A stretch of DNA of 64,000 nt from Dimorphilus gyrociliatus (Eukaryota > Animalia > Annelida). The translations under genes were made by a program, and so were the position numbers. The notes under the pieces are model-generated. The model was given only the letters and a program-made list of their open reading frames with translations. It made no database searches and had not been told where the DNA came from. Shown in pieces: positions 1-13,633 of the stretch (positions are counted from its first letter, which is position 1; each line of letters opens with the position of its first letter). The stretch spans positions 4,037,404 to 4,101,403 of the forward strand of contig CAJFCJ010000007.1 of assembly GCA_904063045.1 (NCBI GenBank), in the 5' to 3' direction.

Positions 1-55
1 TTATATTATATCTATCATTTAGGAAAATTTTTAATTTTTGTCACTTTCCTCTTAG

Positions 56-148
56 GTTCTAAGAATCAAACCTCCAATGTGTATTACAAAAGAAGATGCT
101 GATTTTTCAATTGCAGTTCTTAGAAAATCGCTTGAAGCGAACCTTTAA
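56..148 (+). CDS. AGXT2: Last exon of a class-III aminotransferase, alanine-glyoxylate aminotransferase 2-like (gene starts before the window)
   Basis: After an acceptor (cttag|) the frame reads VLRIKPPMCITKEDADFSIAVLRKSLEANL*, matching the RIKPPMC motif at the C-terminus of the AGXT2/ETNPPL family. Only 30 residues are visible, so the paralogue is uncertain. Confidence 0.6.
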   Translation, partial: VLRIKPPMCITKEDADFSIAVLRKSLEANL

Positions 149-436
149 AGAGGACCCTTTATCCTTCTTACGTGTTCTTCAATGACATTATAACATATTT
201 TATATACTAATGATTTTGTTTTAAATTGAGGATTGGTTCCTTATTTTTTCCTTGTTTCTAGCTTTTTATCAGTTTCTCTTATATAAATCAAATAAACAGT
301 TATTTTTAATCTTAGATATGACTGATCTATTGAACTTGTCGGAAAACAATAATAATTTAGCATACATATTACATTAAACAATAATTAATTTCATATCCAA
401 AACAACAATTAATTTGATACTGGCATAATAGTTTTT

Positions 437-1150
437 CTAAAGATCTTGTCTAGGTGGTCTATGAGGAGGTCTTGGCTGTCTTGGCATTCTGAAATTGTCA
501 TTTCTGAATTTACAATTTTCACTCCATTCATCACTACCATCCGAACAATCTTTATTACCATCGCATATATAAATAGGAAGTATACATTCCTTTGTTCCGC
601 ATGTGAATAAATTATGCGGACATTTAAAATCTTTTGGTACCGTTTGTCGTCCTCCTCCTTGCCATCTTTTTCTGTTCCACGTTTTACATAGTGAAGCATA
701 TTCATCACTACCGTCCGCACAATCTGGATTATCGTCGCAAACGAATTTCTTATTAATGCATACTTTGTCTTTACACGTAAACAGGTTGGGATGCGGGCAC
801 TTGAAGTCGGGATCATCTGGGCTATATTTTTCATTTGGATTTATTGGATTTTGAATGCAATCTCTCTCGTCGGAACCATCTTAATGGGGTAAATGATTAT
901 CTTGAATCTGTCACACAATTTTATTAGTTATCAAACCTGAACAATCCTTTTCTCCATCGCATTTGAAATCTTTATCAACGCATTGTTCGCCATTGCGACA
1001 AGCAAACGTTGACTCTGGACAACGTTTGCTGACTATAATGAAAGGATTATTAAATGTATATTCTGTAAAAGAATGAAACTTAGAGGATTAACTACCTGCA
1101 ACAGAAATAATAACTGAGAGGAAAATAACGATTAAGTCCTTATTTAACAT
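437..1150 (-). CDS. Secreted protein with three LDL-receptor class A repeats and a Pro/Arg-rich tail (3 exons)
   Basis: Signal peptide MLNKDLIVIFLSVIISVAG, then [66 protein letters not shown] and [32 protein letters not shown]. Both GT-AG introns keep the frame. No transmembrane segment. The ORF track shows only off-frame translations here. Confidence 0.85.
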
Positions 1151-1981
1151 GTTTGAAAATGACAAAGACTAAATGATTAGTACACGTGTAAGCTAGATTA
1201 TAAATCGGGTTACACAGTCTTTATTCTCTTAAAGGTAGAGAGCATAGAAGCCATACTAAGATTTATCACGAATAAAGTATCAAATTTGCTTCGAATATGA
1301 AAAATTAACATTTTTTGAACGAAATAATGTAAAATGAAATATAGAAATTACGAATAATGAAAGGAATTTCGAACGCGAAATTAATTAAGAGTTTTGATTT
1401 ATTGTGATAACTTTCAACTTGTATCAAAAAATTACGTTTAGACAAAACATAAGTAAGGTTTTGGCTTTTTAATTGTTCAGCTTATTAATTGGTTTCTATC
1501 ACAATTTCATATTTCTTCTATTGTAAGATCAACGTACTATTTTTTTACTATTAATACTATTATCATTATAAAAGTCATGGTTAGTTGGCTAAGAGCATAT
1601 AAGTACTTTACAATCCATTGAAAAGTTGTATTACATTTTCAAAACCTCCCAAATAGGCAAAAACTAATAAAATTAAAAGGATCCAAGTTGTGAAAGAGAA
1701 GGAGGAGATAACTTTCAGAATTGTTATTAAAACGAGCAACAAGCCAAGAAGTCCAGATGACTGAAGATCTTCTAGAGTTATCATTCAAATTCAACAAAAC
1801 CTTGATTTTCTTCTTAAATAACTATTTTCTTAAAATTTGAATTAAATTTAAGTTTTGTATCTTATTTTAATAAAAATTTATTTAAATTGGATTATGACGT
1901 AAATATTGTTCTATCTCAAAAAAACCGGTCAAAATCGCTTCCGCTTTGAGGAATTTGAGTGATAATGTGTAGGTTTTAGAT

Positions 1982-3925
1982 ATGACAACGCTAATAACGA
2001 TAATAGTCATTGCTGTTGGGGCTACACTTCGCTATTCTTTAACTGAAACAAAAGTTTCTGAATTTTTGAGTCAATCGAACGAAGTTGTAACACCTTTAAC
2101 GTCATGGAAGCGCGGTAAGATTGTTTTTATCCAATTTTCGTGTAGATTTTTAAATTCGTTTGTCGGCATCCAGTGACCGAAGGCTTGGCCCTAAAAGGCG
2201 CCAATGTTGAACCTTATTCAGGAGATTTATTACATGAGGTAATTTGTTACGGATTTAAAAAAATCCAACTTATCATTCAAGTTTGCTTGTAATATAGCCA
2301 CCATTATTGATGCTGATTATATCGTATGTGAAAAATATACTGGGCCCATCAACTTATATGATTTTTCTGGTGAGTTTTAGCTTCTTTCTCAACTTTAATC
2401 TTTTTTTTAATTAATTTTCAATCTTCATGGCAGATTAGTGATATATGTACTGCGCTATTATTAAGGCGGATAGCTAAGCACGTCTGTAGACAGCAGGTAG
2501 CACAGAAAAATAAAAACTATAATTCCTTCTTATTAATAAAGCATACTGTTAACAGTTAGATCAACAAGCAAAAGAAGTATCAACATATTCCCTTAAATCA
2601 GAGGAGCTCTTTCTCAGAACAGACGACTTGAAGTTTACTAGTTATTACGTAGCTTTAGCGTAAGGAAAAGTACTTTCTTTTAACAATAATTAATATTTTA
2701 TGTTTCCATATATTAGATGGTCCTTTTCTCCATGGGCAATTGCAGCATGTTCAGTAAAATCGACAGCCGTTTTTACAAACATGTTTATAGCTTTATGTTT
2801 ACATAGTATAGTAACAGGTGACTGATTTTTAAATCAAATATTGCATTTTTTTTCTTAGATAAATCAATTTTCTATTCTAGGTCGTTACACAAGAGCTTGT
2901 CTGGCAGTCAGCGTCTCAGCCTATTTATCCCTCTATCCAATTCTACTAGTTGTACCCATATTTGTTGCTTTAATAAACGTAAGTTTTCGTTTATCCATAA
3001 AGAACTTCTCGGTTATCTTTAAAAAATTGTTATTTTAGAAAAATGTGGAAGAGAAAAAAAAAACAAAATCTACGATATCAGAAAGACAAATAATTATGTA
3101 TAATATAATTTATGCAATGAGCTTAACTTTAGGCTTCTTGATAGCACTACTATATTTATCTTTTATGATAAATAATTCTTGGGATTTTATTCAAGAAACA
3201 TATGGATTCACGTATGTACTTTAAGAATAAAATTGTTAGGGTTACTTAATTCTTCATTCTTTTAGGCTTATGGTTCCAGATTATACACCAAATCTAGGTG
3301 TATTTTGGTATTTTTTTGCTGAAATGTTTGAACATTTTAGATCATTTTTTCTTGTTGTTTTTCAAATGAACATTTTCTTATACGCAGTTCCATTAGCTAT
3401 TCGATTTAGGTATGGTATAAGTTTTATTATTACATTAGTTAGACACGAATATGTATTATTTAATCTGTATTCTGTTTATATTTCAGAGAAGAGCCAATGT
3501 TTCTTTCTTGTATTCTTCTGATATTCATTTCCGTATTTAAATCATACCCTAGTTATGCTGATCTATCGATTTATATGGCTTTACTGCCCATTTGGAAGCA
3601 TCTTTCTACGTGTATGTAAATTGAATAACATAAATTATCGAAAATATACATTTTGTTAATTATATATCTAGGGATAAGAAATGGCTTAGTTGTTGGTGTT
3701 ATGCTTTTGGTGAGTTCAATATTGGCTCCAGTTCTCTCATATTTATGGCTATGGGCCGGATCAGCTAACGCGAATTTCTATTTTGCAATAAGTCTGGTTC
3801 ATGCTACAGCTCAAATATTTTTGGTCACTGATATAATCTACGCTTTTCTACGACGAAAACACGCTTTAAAACATGGTAAAGAACCGGCTATAAACGGAAA
3901 GAAAGCTACCATAGTGTTACAATAG
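1982..3925 (+). CDS. PIGU: GPI transamidase subunit PIG-U (multi-exon)
   Basis: [11 protein letters not shown]|VTEG...[34 protein letters not shown] and [18 protein letters not shown] are diagnostic PIGU motifs, joined by short GT-AG introns. Confidence 0.95.
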
Positions 3926-4434
3926 ACACAAACCAATCTAGATTATTTTTTGCTCGAATTTATTCTGTTGGACAAAGAGAAGTGTTTAAGTGTATTGTTC
4001 TGACTATAAAAATAACGAATTTCTTTCTCTTTACTTTTTTTATTTAGCTTCGGCATTTCACTTAAATAAATAAACATTTATTTAGTAATGATTAAAGAAT
4101 TTGCTGAAAGTCGCAACAACTTTATTATAGCTTCAGTATACACAAACTTATTTTGTCGTTCTTTAAATACTCTATAATTATCACTACTAGTAGTGAAATG
4201 AAATATCCATTGAAAAAAACGAGAGATAAATTGGTTTAAAGTTATTATTTTAGTAATATTAATAATAATATTTTTTAAGAATTTAAAACTCACAAATATT
4301 TAGAAAGAGTTATTCTTTAAAGTAAAAAATTATTGGGTGGTTAAAATACGAAGATAGTTTTATACCGGATGTAGCTATTCTGCAACAGTTCGAAGATATA
4401 CGCAAAAAGTAATGTTGAAACTCATTGATGTATT

Positions 4435-5535
4435 ATGAATGATACTGTAGTACAAAACGCATCTTTAGCATCAACTTCTAATAATTCAAGTGGAGTTTTG
4501 GGAAATCAAACTGAAAAAGTGACGTCGGGCTACGAAATTTTGCAAGTAGACTTCGAAAAGAAACTGTTTATTGTTTTCATCTTTTGGCTTGGTTTTAACC
4601 TTATCTTAATAAGAGTGGCTTGGAGAATTTACGGACCCCAAGTGGCCGAATTCTTTTTAAAAGATAGCGAAGATTCTGGAGAAATTCATCCAAGTTAGTA
4701 ATAAATCTAAATGTCATGATGAACAGTTAATTTTATTTCATATCGATTTTCAATATTATTCAAAAGTTAATATCGAATAAATTATTTTCAGAAAATCAGA
4801 AGGAATCTTTTAAAGACCCTAAGGATTATCATTTGCACAGGGATTAAAATTAATGGGGTATTTTCAACGTTTTCCAGAAAAATCTGCAAAACATAGTGAA
4901 AGTGACGTGTTTTTGCAATCTTCAAACAATAGTAGAAATAAACTGACCAAGTCTCAGTCGACTAATGTGGCAGAGCTAGCAGCTGAAGCTGTTGTAGCTC
5001 GACTGTCCACAAAAAAAGTAGGAAAAATTTCAGAGGCGAGCTATAAAACTCCTCAAGAAGAGGTTTGGTTTTAAATTTCAAAAAGAAAATTTTTCACAAT
5101 TTCAACAAACAGATTCGTTCGGAAACTGCTGCTATTCAAAGAGAAAACGTCGCTATACTTAATCAGATAAGGCAGAAAGATTTTAAGAAATTGAACGTAG
5201 ATCGAAGGGCAATAGAAGAATGTCTTGTTGTTCATACTGAACACTTATCTTATGAGGAAAGTAGACAAAGACTAAAAAAGTACATACATGGAAATTTAGG
5301 AACAGAACTTGAAGAATTATTAGCATTTATAACTAATTCCAAAATTGATTTTAATAAAGTGAAAACAGACACTGAAATTACAGCCAGTTTTTTCAGTACG
5401 TCTAGAGAAGAAAAACAATGCAAAATTAGGATAAATTACCAAGCTTTGCAAGAAAGAGTCAATCCGATGAAAGGATATTGTAAATATATGCAGTTTATAC
5501 ACCTTGAAAAGAAAGCTTTGAATTACTCTACTTAA
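4435..5535 (+). CDS. Uncharacterised single-pass membrane protein (gene model uncertain; may be one gene with alternative acceptors, or two ORFs)
   Basis: ORF 4435-4698 has five N-glycosylation sequons and a hydrophobic helix (LFIVFIFWLGFNLILIRVAW). The phase-1 donor at about 4694 is frame-compatible with an acceptor at about 4878. A clean intron then joins TPQEE|IRSETAA into the 5065-5535 frame. I recognise no family. Confidence 0.5.
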
Positions 5536-6025
5536 GAAAGCTTTTGCATTTATTAAAGAGAACTTGGTATGGTATGATTACTTTAATATTTTCAATTACT
5601 TTATTTTTTTTTATATTTACAGAAATTGAAATTACAAATTAGTTAAAGTCTGCAAGATAGATTCTTTTAATTATCATATCTTAAAAACTGAAACTTGGCA
5701 AAAACCTCAAGGTATTCTATCCTTGACCTAGTGCATATAGAATGGATATTTCTTAACTTCAGACCTTAACAAGAGCAGCAAAGATTAATTGAAATGCTCA
5801 GAATTAATATACAAAAAAAATTCTGTCTGAAGATCTTTATTATTAGCCTGATTTTATGAGAAATGACAGGGAAATCACATTATTAAATAAAAGCTAAAGC
5901 CATGGAAATTGTATTGAATATAAAGAAAAAGAATGAACTTTACAAACAAACTTCCGTAACTTGTACAAAACTTTATTTTTATATGACAACATTAAGCCAT
6001 GAGCAAAGAATAAATGTTATAATAT

Positions 6026-6748
6026 TTATATATCAACGCCTTGTAAAAGCTTGTTATATACGTCTTCAGGAACAACATTAATCATTTTCATCCCGGTAAG
6101 CAATTGGCGTTTTGCATTTCCAGCAAAGTTGTGTTTTAGAAAAGCTTTAAATCTCTTGTTAATATCTCCTTGTTCAAAAAGACTAAGAGGTACTCTTATT
6201 AAGCCAAGCGTCTAAAAAGTATAAATAGTTACAAGTATTATGAATAAAAGAAGTTTATTAAGCAGTTTCTTACCTCGTTGCCCCATTCTTCAGCTTCGAG
6301 AACGGCTCTCTTCTCAATTTCGTAAAAGAGTTTTAATGGTATTTTCTTTCCATAAAAGTGAAGAACCAATTTATAATCGTGAACAATGTGACATAGTAAA
6401 AAATTCTCTTTTTCAAACTTCACTTTATCTAAATCTAACGCTATTTCTTCTACACACTCTCTATTCAAACCATCAACTGGATTATCATCTTCGGGATCAA
6501 TTAGACCTGATGAAAAGTTTCAACACTTCACTCACAAACTGCATTGGTGTACGAAACTAAAAGTGATACAAACCACCAACAAATCCTATACAACCGTCAA
6601 ATCTCATTTGCATCATTATAACAGCGTTTCTTTTACAACCAAAGGTTGTGCCTGGGTCGTCAGCTGCAAGCATAGCATGTGCAGCATGTTTGTAATGTTT
6701 GTACTTCGAAAGGGCCTCTGTTTGGCTTATTTCTTCAAATTTTTCCAT
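6026..6748 (-). CDS. NUDT16: U8 snoRNA-decapping Nudix hydrolase NUDT16-like (3 exons)
   Basis: HAAHAMLAADDPGTTFG...MQMRFDGCIGFVGG|LIDPEDDNPVDGLNRECVEEIA (Nudix box) ...HFYGKK...EEWGNE|TLGLIRVPL...FLKHNFAGNAKRQLL aligns with remembered NUDT16/NUDT16L1 sequence along its whole length. Confidence 0.9.
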
Positions 6749-7521
6749 CTCTCTTTGCAGTTACGACTGTTGCAAAGTATCTTATAAAGATTCTTTAAAT
6801 CATCGTAAAAAGTGACACGTTGACGATATTTCGGACAATTTGGCAATAAGTTGTTGACAAAAGTAAATAGTTGTGACGTCATATCCGGAAAATTTACTTT
6901 CTTTTAAAATCATATTAAAAAATAAAACGATTATATTTAAACGAAATATCATATATCTTTAAATTTTTATAATTTGACAATAGTTACTGCAGTTATTTTA
7001 AATATTGAAAATGAACTTTTTGCCATGTTACGGGAGAAGGAAAGTTAAACTCTGAACGTACAAAAGACATCAAGAGTGTACATAGTTTTAATCAAATTAA
7101 AGTTCAAATCAAGCATCTAAATCGTTCATTAAATAAAGAGGTAAATCTCTATTATATAAATGTATATGAGTTTTTAAAAAACCTGATAATAATTCACGTA
7201 AAAGCAATATTAGTATAAGAATATCCAAGTGTTTTATTTCACCAACTATTAGCAGGAAAAAAATGTGATTTTCTAACAAAATACTCTAACAAATTCATTT
7301 ATTAAACTTAGTTCTACTTATGTACAAGATTTGGAGAAAAAGGTTAATAAGGGAGCGAGGATAGACAACTTATAAATATACTATATATAAAGCACAATTT
7401 GATGCTTGATCATTACAAACGTTTGTCTTATAAAATCTCTTAAAAGTATGTAAACTTTCTGTTCATTAAGTATAAAATCGATTTTCAGCCAAAAATTTTT
7501 CATTTGTATTTTCTTTAATCA

Positions 7522-9351
7522 CTATCCTTGAGTTTCACTCTCTATAGTATTTTTATGGCTCTCTTTAGGTTTTAAAATTTCAATTTCTTCTCTATTACGA
7601 AAAATGGAAAATATTAGATGAGTTAAATAGTTGAAAATAAATAAAGCTACCTTAATACTCGAGGTAAACGACTGGTGTCCAGCTTATATTTCAACACAAC
7701 GTGCATACAGAATATGCGTAAAGAAGGTTCTAAAATATAATATATGAATAAGTTATATAGCTTTCTCATTTAGTTTTATATATTTACGGAAATCTAGAAT
7801 ATGTAGATCATGATGATCAAGCAGGTTAGGCTGATCGTTTTCATCATATCTTCCACTTGGACTCGTTCCTCCAAATATAAAAACCCTCGATCCGACTAAA
7901 CACGAAACTTGTCGTCTTCTCGCACACGGTCCTTCTAGGCCAATAATATCCTTTCCAACGTTTAGCCAAGTTCCGAATTCTTAAGACATAATGAAATTAT
8001 TAATAAATGTAATTTATTTATAAAGTAATAAAACTAACCAGAATCGAAACATAGCAGATCCTTCATATGCTCTCTCGTTAAAGAATTGTATCCACCGAAA
8101 ATGTAAATCTTGTTGTTGTAAACAAAGGCCGAATGGCTTCGTCTCCCCTTTACCTTGGCACCGGAAGGATCCAATTGAAACCATACCTTACGATCGGTAT
8201 CGAAGAAATGCAGTTTGTTGCACTAAAAGTGTAATTGTAATTAATAGATTATTGTACAAAGTCAATGAACTTACGTAGTATTCACGATATAATTCAGATG
8301 GCCCTGAAGCATCACATCTCCCTCCAAATACAACCATATATCGGTCATCAAGAGTAACTGATGTATGAAAGTCTCTATAGCTTGCAGGTGTTCCCTTTTA
8401 AAAGAACAACAACATTGCACTGCACAATATACTTGTATATTAATTAACTATTAAACTTACTGAATAAGTAGCTTCACTCCATTGATATGTGTTCAAGTCA
8501 ACAGCAAATATAGATGAGGAAAATCTTTCGGTCTAGGTTTAGAAGTAGACAAAACAATTTATAAAGCCGCAAATATACAAACATTAATAATATACCTCTT
8601 CTTCAAATCCAGCAAATATGTACATACTGTCTTTAATTAGACAAGCAGAATGACCGTCTCTTGGTCCGGGAACCTTTCCTGATACTTCGGGTAATTTCCA
8701 CTTATGATTCCCTGGTGAATTTAACAAAAATACAATTAAATAACGGTATTACCTCAACATTATTCTGTATCAAAATTATAGAAAACTAAAATATAAATAA
8801 CTATAAAATAACTTACTTGTATTGTATCTGAATAATTTATTACATGCACCGTGGCTGTCGTCTCGTCCACCCCATCTAGAAGGAAAATAATATTGAATTT
8901 AGAATAACTAATCGTTTATTTTTTAACAAAATATCGATTGTTTTTACATGTAAATATAGAAATCTTTCGCAATTGCTGTATGCCCATATCGTCTATATGG
9001 GGTAGATTTTTTATCCTCTGGATCAGTTGGAGCAGGTAGTTTTTTCCATTTGTATGTCACTTTTTTAGGAGTAAAGAAAGAACGCAATGACCATTAAATA
9101 AACTCTTAAATAAGCACTTCTAATTTACTAACATGTGTTAAATACGTGTACGTCCATTGGAACAGGTGTTTCGAAGTCGAATCCAGAACAATATCCGCCG
9201 AAAGAAAATACTTGATGATCTATGAAGAGAAATTGTGCAATATTAATTACCAGCAGGCTCCATAATTATGTATATTTTTCTCACCAACTGCAGCTGCTGC
9301 ATGATTAACTCGCTTAGGTCCACCTTCAATCTTGGCAGTCCACATTGCCAT
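7522..9351 (-). CDS. KLHDC3: Kelch domain-containing protein 3 (multi-exon)
   Basis: MAMWTAKIEGGPKRVNHAAA, FSFGGYCSG, PYRRYGH, VPGPRDGHSAC and DHHDLHILDF|PSLRIFC (BC-box-like) match KLHDC3. Confidence 0.95.
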
Positions 9352-9598
9352 CGTGATATATGCTTCGATACAATATAGATTCTTTATTTTATTTTTGGTA
9401 CTACTAAAATTATTCAATATTTATGTTAAGCGTTTAACTGTAGTCAATGTTGAGTCATCGCAAAATGAAAACAAAACGCAAACGAAACATTTTATGACGG
9501 AGTTGGCTGGAGAAAACTGGTGACGTAACACTGCCCTCTATTATTGATGTTGAAATTCAATAGGTTCTTACTATTCGTAGCTCACTCAATGATTTAAA

Positions 9599-10508
9599 AT
9601 GAAGTTAAAGCGTTATAAGCAAGTACGAAAAGTATTGAATTTTTACAAGCAACAATTTAATTTGAAGGTGAAATTTATATAATGTGGGTGTTAAAACCTT
9701 AAAATAATTTCTTATTCTCTTTCTTTCAGGCTCCATTCAAAATACTACTCGATGGCACGTTTTGCAAAACAGCCTTAACATATAAAGTTAATATCGCAGA
9801 TCAAGTGAAAAGATATCTTGACGAAGAAATAGAATTTGGTACGACTAACTGCGTTCTAAAAGAGTTAGAGAGCTTTGGTTCACTACTCTATGGACCTTTA
9901 AAAGTACTGCGTCAATTTCCTGCTTTAGAATGTAACCATGAACCTCCTATATCTGCAGAAAAGTGCTTGAGACACTTTACGAGACAAAAATTGAAGAAAA
10001 ATATACGATATTTTGTTGCTAGTCAGGTAGATAATACAATTTTAAAGGATTTTTTTGCATTTTTAATAATTGGTAATTTCTCTATTTATTACAGGATCCT
10101 AAAATATCTGAATGTGTTCGAGATATGAGAGGTATTCCTCTTTTGTATATATCCCGTCATACAATCGTTTTGGAGGGCCCTTCGGAAACTTCTAAAAAGA
10201 TTGCTGCAAAAAATAAGAAACAAACCCTGGAACTATCGAGTAGAGATAATCAACTACTGAAATTGATGAAAAGCGATCACCTAGAACCAGTACCCGAAAA
10301 GAAGAGAAAGAGAAAAGGACCGAGAGGACCTAATCCTTTAAGTTGTATGAAAGCTAAAAAAGAAAAATCTACTTCAATTAATCAAAACGGTATTGTGAAA
10401 CGAAAAAGAATAAGAGTTAAACTATCTAAACATGTTAAAGAAATCTGGATCAAGGAAGGAAAGTGGCCAATAAAAACAAACGCTAATAAAATCAATGAAA
10501 CTAGTTGA
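9599..10508 (+). CDS. UTP23: rRNA-processing protein UTP23 (PIN domain; 3 exons)
   Basis: MKLKRYKQVRK...|APFKILLDGTF, TTNCVLKELE, YFVASQ|DP, GIPLLYI and KRKRKGPRGPNPLSCMKAKK. Confidence 0.95.
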
Positions 10509-11397
10509 ATCTTGAATATAAACTATTCCAAAACAAAAAGAATTTACAAATGAAACCTCATTCATTTTCAACTCTATCCATTTTCTATTCATCTTGTGGA
10601 TCGGTAAAAAGCAAAATATCAATATCAAGTCCTACTTTTTGCAGTCGATTAAAGGCTTTAAACTATATACTTTCCGTTAAATCATTTCAGAATCAAATTA
10701 AAAGAATAGTTTTCCATGTTAAATCATATTTTACAAAATAAATCTAAAATGAGGTTATTTTTATTGAGTAACTTGATATATTTACAAATGTTGGGTTATT
10801 TTTAGACGTTTCTTCTACGTTATTGACGTCTCTTATAAAAAGTTATATACAGTATAAGCTACAAATATATACAACTTATACATTTGATTAATTGAAATGA
10901 CATTGTCAGTTATGGCCATAGTAATAACTTAACAGTTTAGTTTACTTCCAACATATCTCCTCAAAAAATTAGAGATATTTCATTATATTTGCTTATCTTT
11001 CATTCTCAACTTTCTTCAGTAATTTATTAATTAAACTTGAACTACTAGGACAGATTTTTCGTATAACAGTTTTAAAAGAAAAGTAAAATATTCTTAAACA
11101 TATACTATCATTGACTTTTATCTCTTGATAAGAACAACTAGCAAATATAAATTAATTGCCATATGACAATTGGTATTCTTTTAATATTCATTACTTTTAT
11201 TAAAGAAATTATTAGTTATAATTAATTACCTTCTAGGAAAATAAATAAACACTTTCTAAGCGACGATATTTTCACGATAGCAGTGACATCTGTATCAACT
11301 CCAGTTTATTAAAACCTGATCAGTAAACTTCCGGTTTGCTGAGTCAAGAATCAAATAAGTACCTTGTGTTATATCTACGAAAAAGTATAGTTTGAAT

Positions 11398-13133
11398 ATG
11401 GCCAGCAGAAAAAGCGACATGTAAGTAACCACTATTGGGGAATATATATATATATTAAATATACTTTTTGTGCAGCCCTCGCCAATCTTTTAATTTAGGT
11501 CCACATACGTTTGATATACCGATGAAATTGCATGCAGATAACAGGGAAAGACTCCTCCAAAGATTGAGAAATCGCACTGATTTGCCTGCCAATTCTGTTA
11601 TTGTTTTACAAGGTGGAGATGAGTCTCCAAGATTTTGCTCCGATGTCAACGTTGCACCCTTTCGACAAGAATCATTTTTCCATTGGGCTTTTGGAGTTCT
11701 AGAGCCTGGAGCATTTGGTCTTATTGACGTAACAAGCGGTCTTTCGGTTTTATTTATGCCTAGGCTTCCAGCTGATTACGCCATTTTTATGGGAGAGTAA
11801 GGACTCTTAATTACTATTGCAAGGAAAAACACAAACTAATGTTCCAAACTTTTGTTCCTTTCAAGCATTAAGCCAATGAGCTTTTTTCAACAGCGATATG
11901 GAACAGATGAATGCTACTATAATGATCAAATTGCTGAAGTTATTCGAAATATTAATCCTCAAGCTACTTTGCTTACTCTGGTAATTCATATTAATATTTT
12001 ACCTATACAATATACTGTATTTCTTTTAAATCAATAAAAATTAATTAACTGTAGATATAAAATTACAGAGGGGACTAAATACTGACAGTGGTAGCTTTAC
12101 CAGAGAAGCCGCATTTGATGGTATTGGAGACTTTGAAGTGAATAATCAGATTCTTCACTTCGAAATGACTGAATGTAGGGTACGAAAGAGCGACCTTGAA
12201 ATTGACATTTTGAGATATTGTAATAAAATCAGTTCGGAAGCTCATAAGGAGATAATGCGAAGATGTAGACCAGGACAATATGAGTACCAATTGGAAAGTG
12301 TCTTCCTTCACCATTGCTACTCGCAAGGTGGTATGAGACATGTCTCTTATACTTGTATTTGTGCAAGCGGTAATAATTCTTCAATCCTACACTACGGGCA
12401 TGCTGGTGCACCAAATGATCGTAGAATGGAGGCAAGCGATATGTGCTTGTTTGATTTAGGTGGAGAGTATTACTGCTATGAATCGGATATTACTTGCTCA
12501 TTTCCTTGCGGAGGAAAGTTTTCCAATGATCAGCGTCTGATTTACGAAGCTGTTTTAGACGCTAATAGAACCGTTTTGAATGCTTGTAAACCTGGAATAT
12601 TTTGGTTAGACATGCACAAGTTGGCCGAACGAGTCCTGCTAGAACACTTGAAAGCTATGGGTATCCTTACTGGAGACATTAACGAAATGATGGCTGTTCG
12701 TTTGGCAGCTACTTTTATGCCCCATGGTCTTGGTCATTTAATGGGTCTCGATGTTCATGATGTTGGTGGATATGCCCCTGGCACTCCCGCTCGAAGTGCT
12801 GAACCTGGTTTACGTTCGTTAAGAACTGCCCGAGTTCTCGAGGAAAGAATGTGCCTGACAATTGAACCTGGAATTTATTTTATTAATCACTTGATTGACG
12901 AAGCACTTGCAGACCCCAACAGAAGTCGTTTTATTATTGCAGAAAGGGTTAATCATTTTAGAAATTTTGGTGGTGTGAGAATTGAAGATGATATAATCAT
13001 CACAGCAACAGGAGTAGAACTTCTTACGAATGTTCCACGTGAAATTGAAGACATTGAAAGGCTTATGGCTGAAGGGAGATCTATGTACGGAGATAATCCT
13101 GTAATGCGCCCACCAAAGGGAAGGCTAAATTGA
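11398..13133 (+). CDS. PEPD: Xaa-Pro dipeptidase (prolidase; 4 exons)
   Basis: [15 protein letters not shown]|[33 protein letters not shown], metal-ligand motifs [38 protein letters not shown] and GGVRIEDD. Confidence 0.97.
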
Positions 13134-13475
13134 TTAACTTTGCATTTGTTTTTATCTACTCTCTTCGGTTTATGATTTGAATCGAGAAATACAATTTACA
13201 AGAAAACACTGAACAAGATTGCAGTTTCAATTAACCCTAATAGAATTTATTTTCCATGTTCTATCTAAACAAGATAAAAATTTTAATCTAAAATTCTTTG
13301 TTTCTCTTATCTAAATAAATTTGATAAACGTCAGAGTAAACAGATTAATTTATAGACTGTTACGAAATAAATATAGAAGAAATAATGAAAGTTTTATTAC
13401 ACTAGATGTCACTACTAAAGAAGAAAAAATGTTTTGATTAGGTTACCTGTTCACAGAACCATTTACCTTTTTCAC

Positions 13476-13498
13476 ATATATATATATATATATATATA
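13476..13498. repeat. (AT)n microsatellite
   Basis: Directly visible dinucleotide run. Confidence 0.9.
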
Positions 13499-13633
13499 AT
13501 TTTAGTCGATTTTAATAAATACTAAATTAAAATATGGAAATTAACGTCTGCAAATAATTAGAATTGACAGCATTATACATTTACAAATCTCATTAAATTA
13601 AGGAGGAAATTTTTTCTTACTAAGATCCTTATC

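Noticed and set aside
409-854. ORF-track entries 409..834 (-) and 603..854 (+)
   Set aside because: Off-frame or antisense shadows of the LDLa gene; the Cys/Asp-rich frame is the real one.
5536-5790. Exon-like segments with good splice sites after the 5535 stop
   Set aside because: Every frame combination I tried hits a stop. It may be UTR, decayed coding sequence or a homopolymer error; not supportable as CDS.
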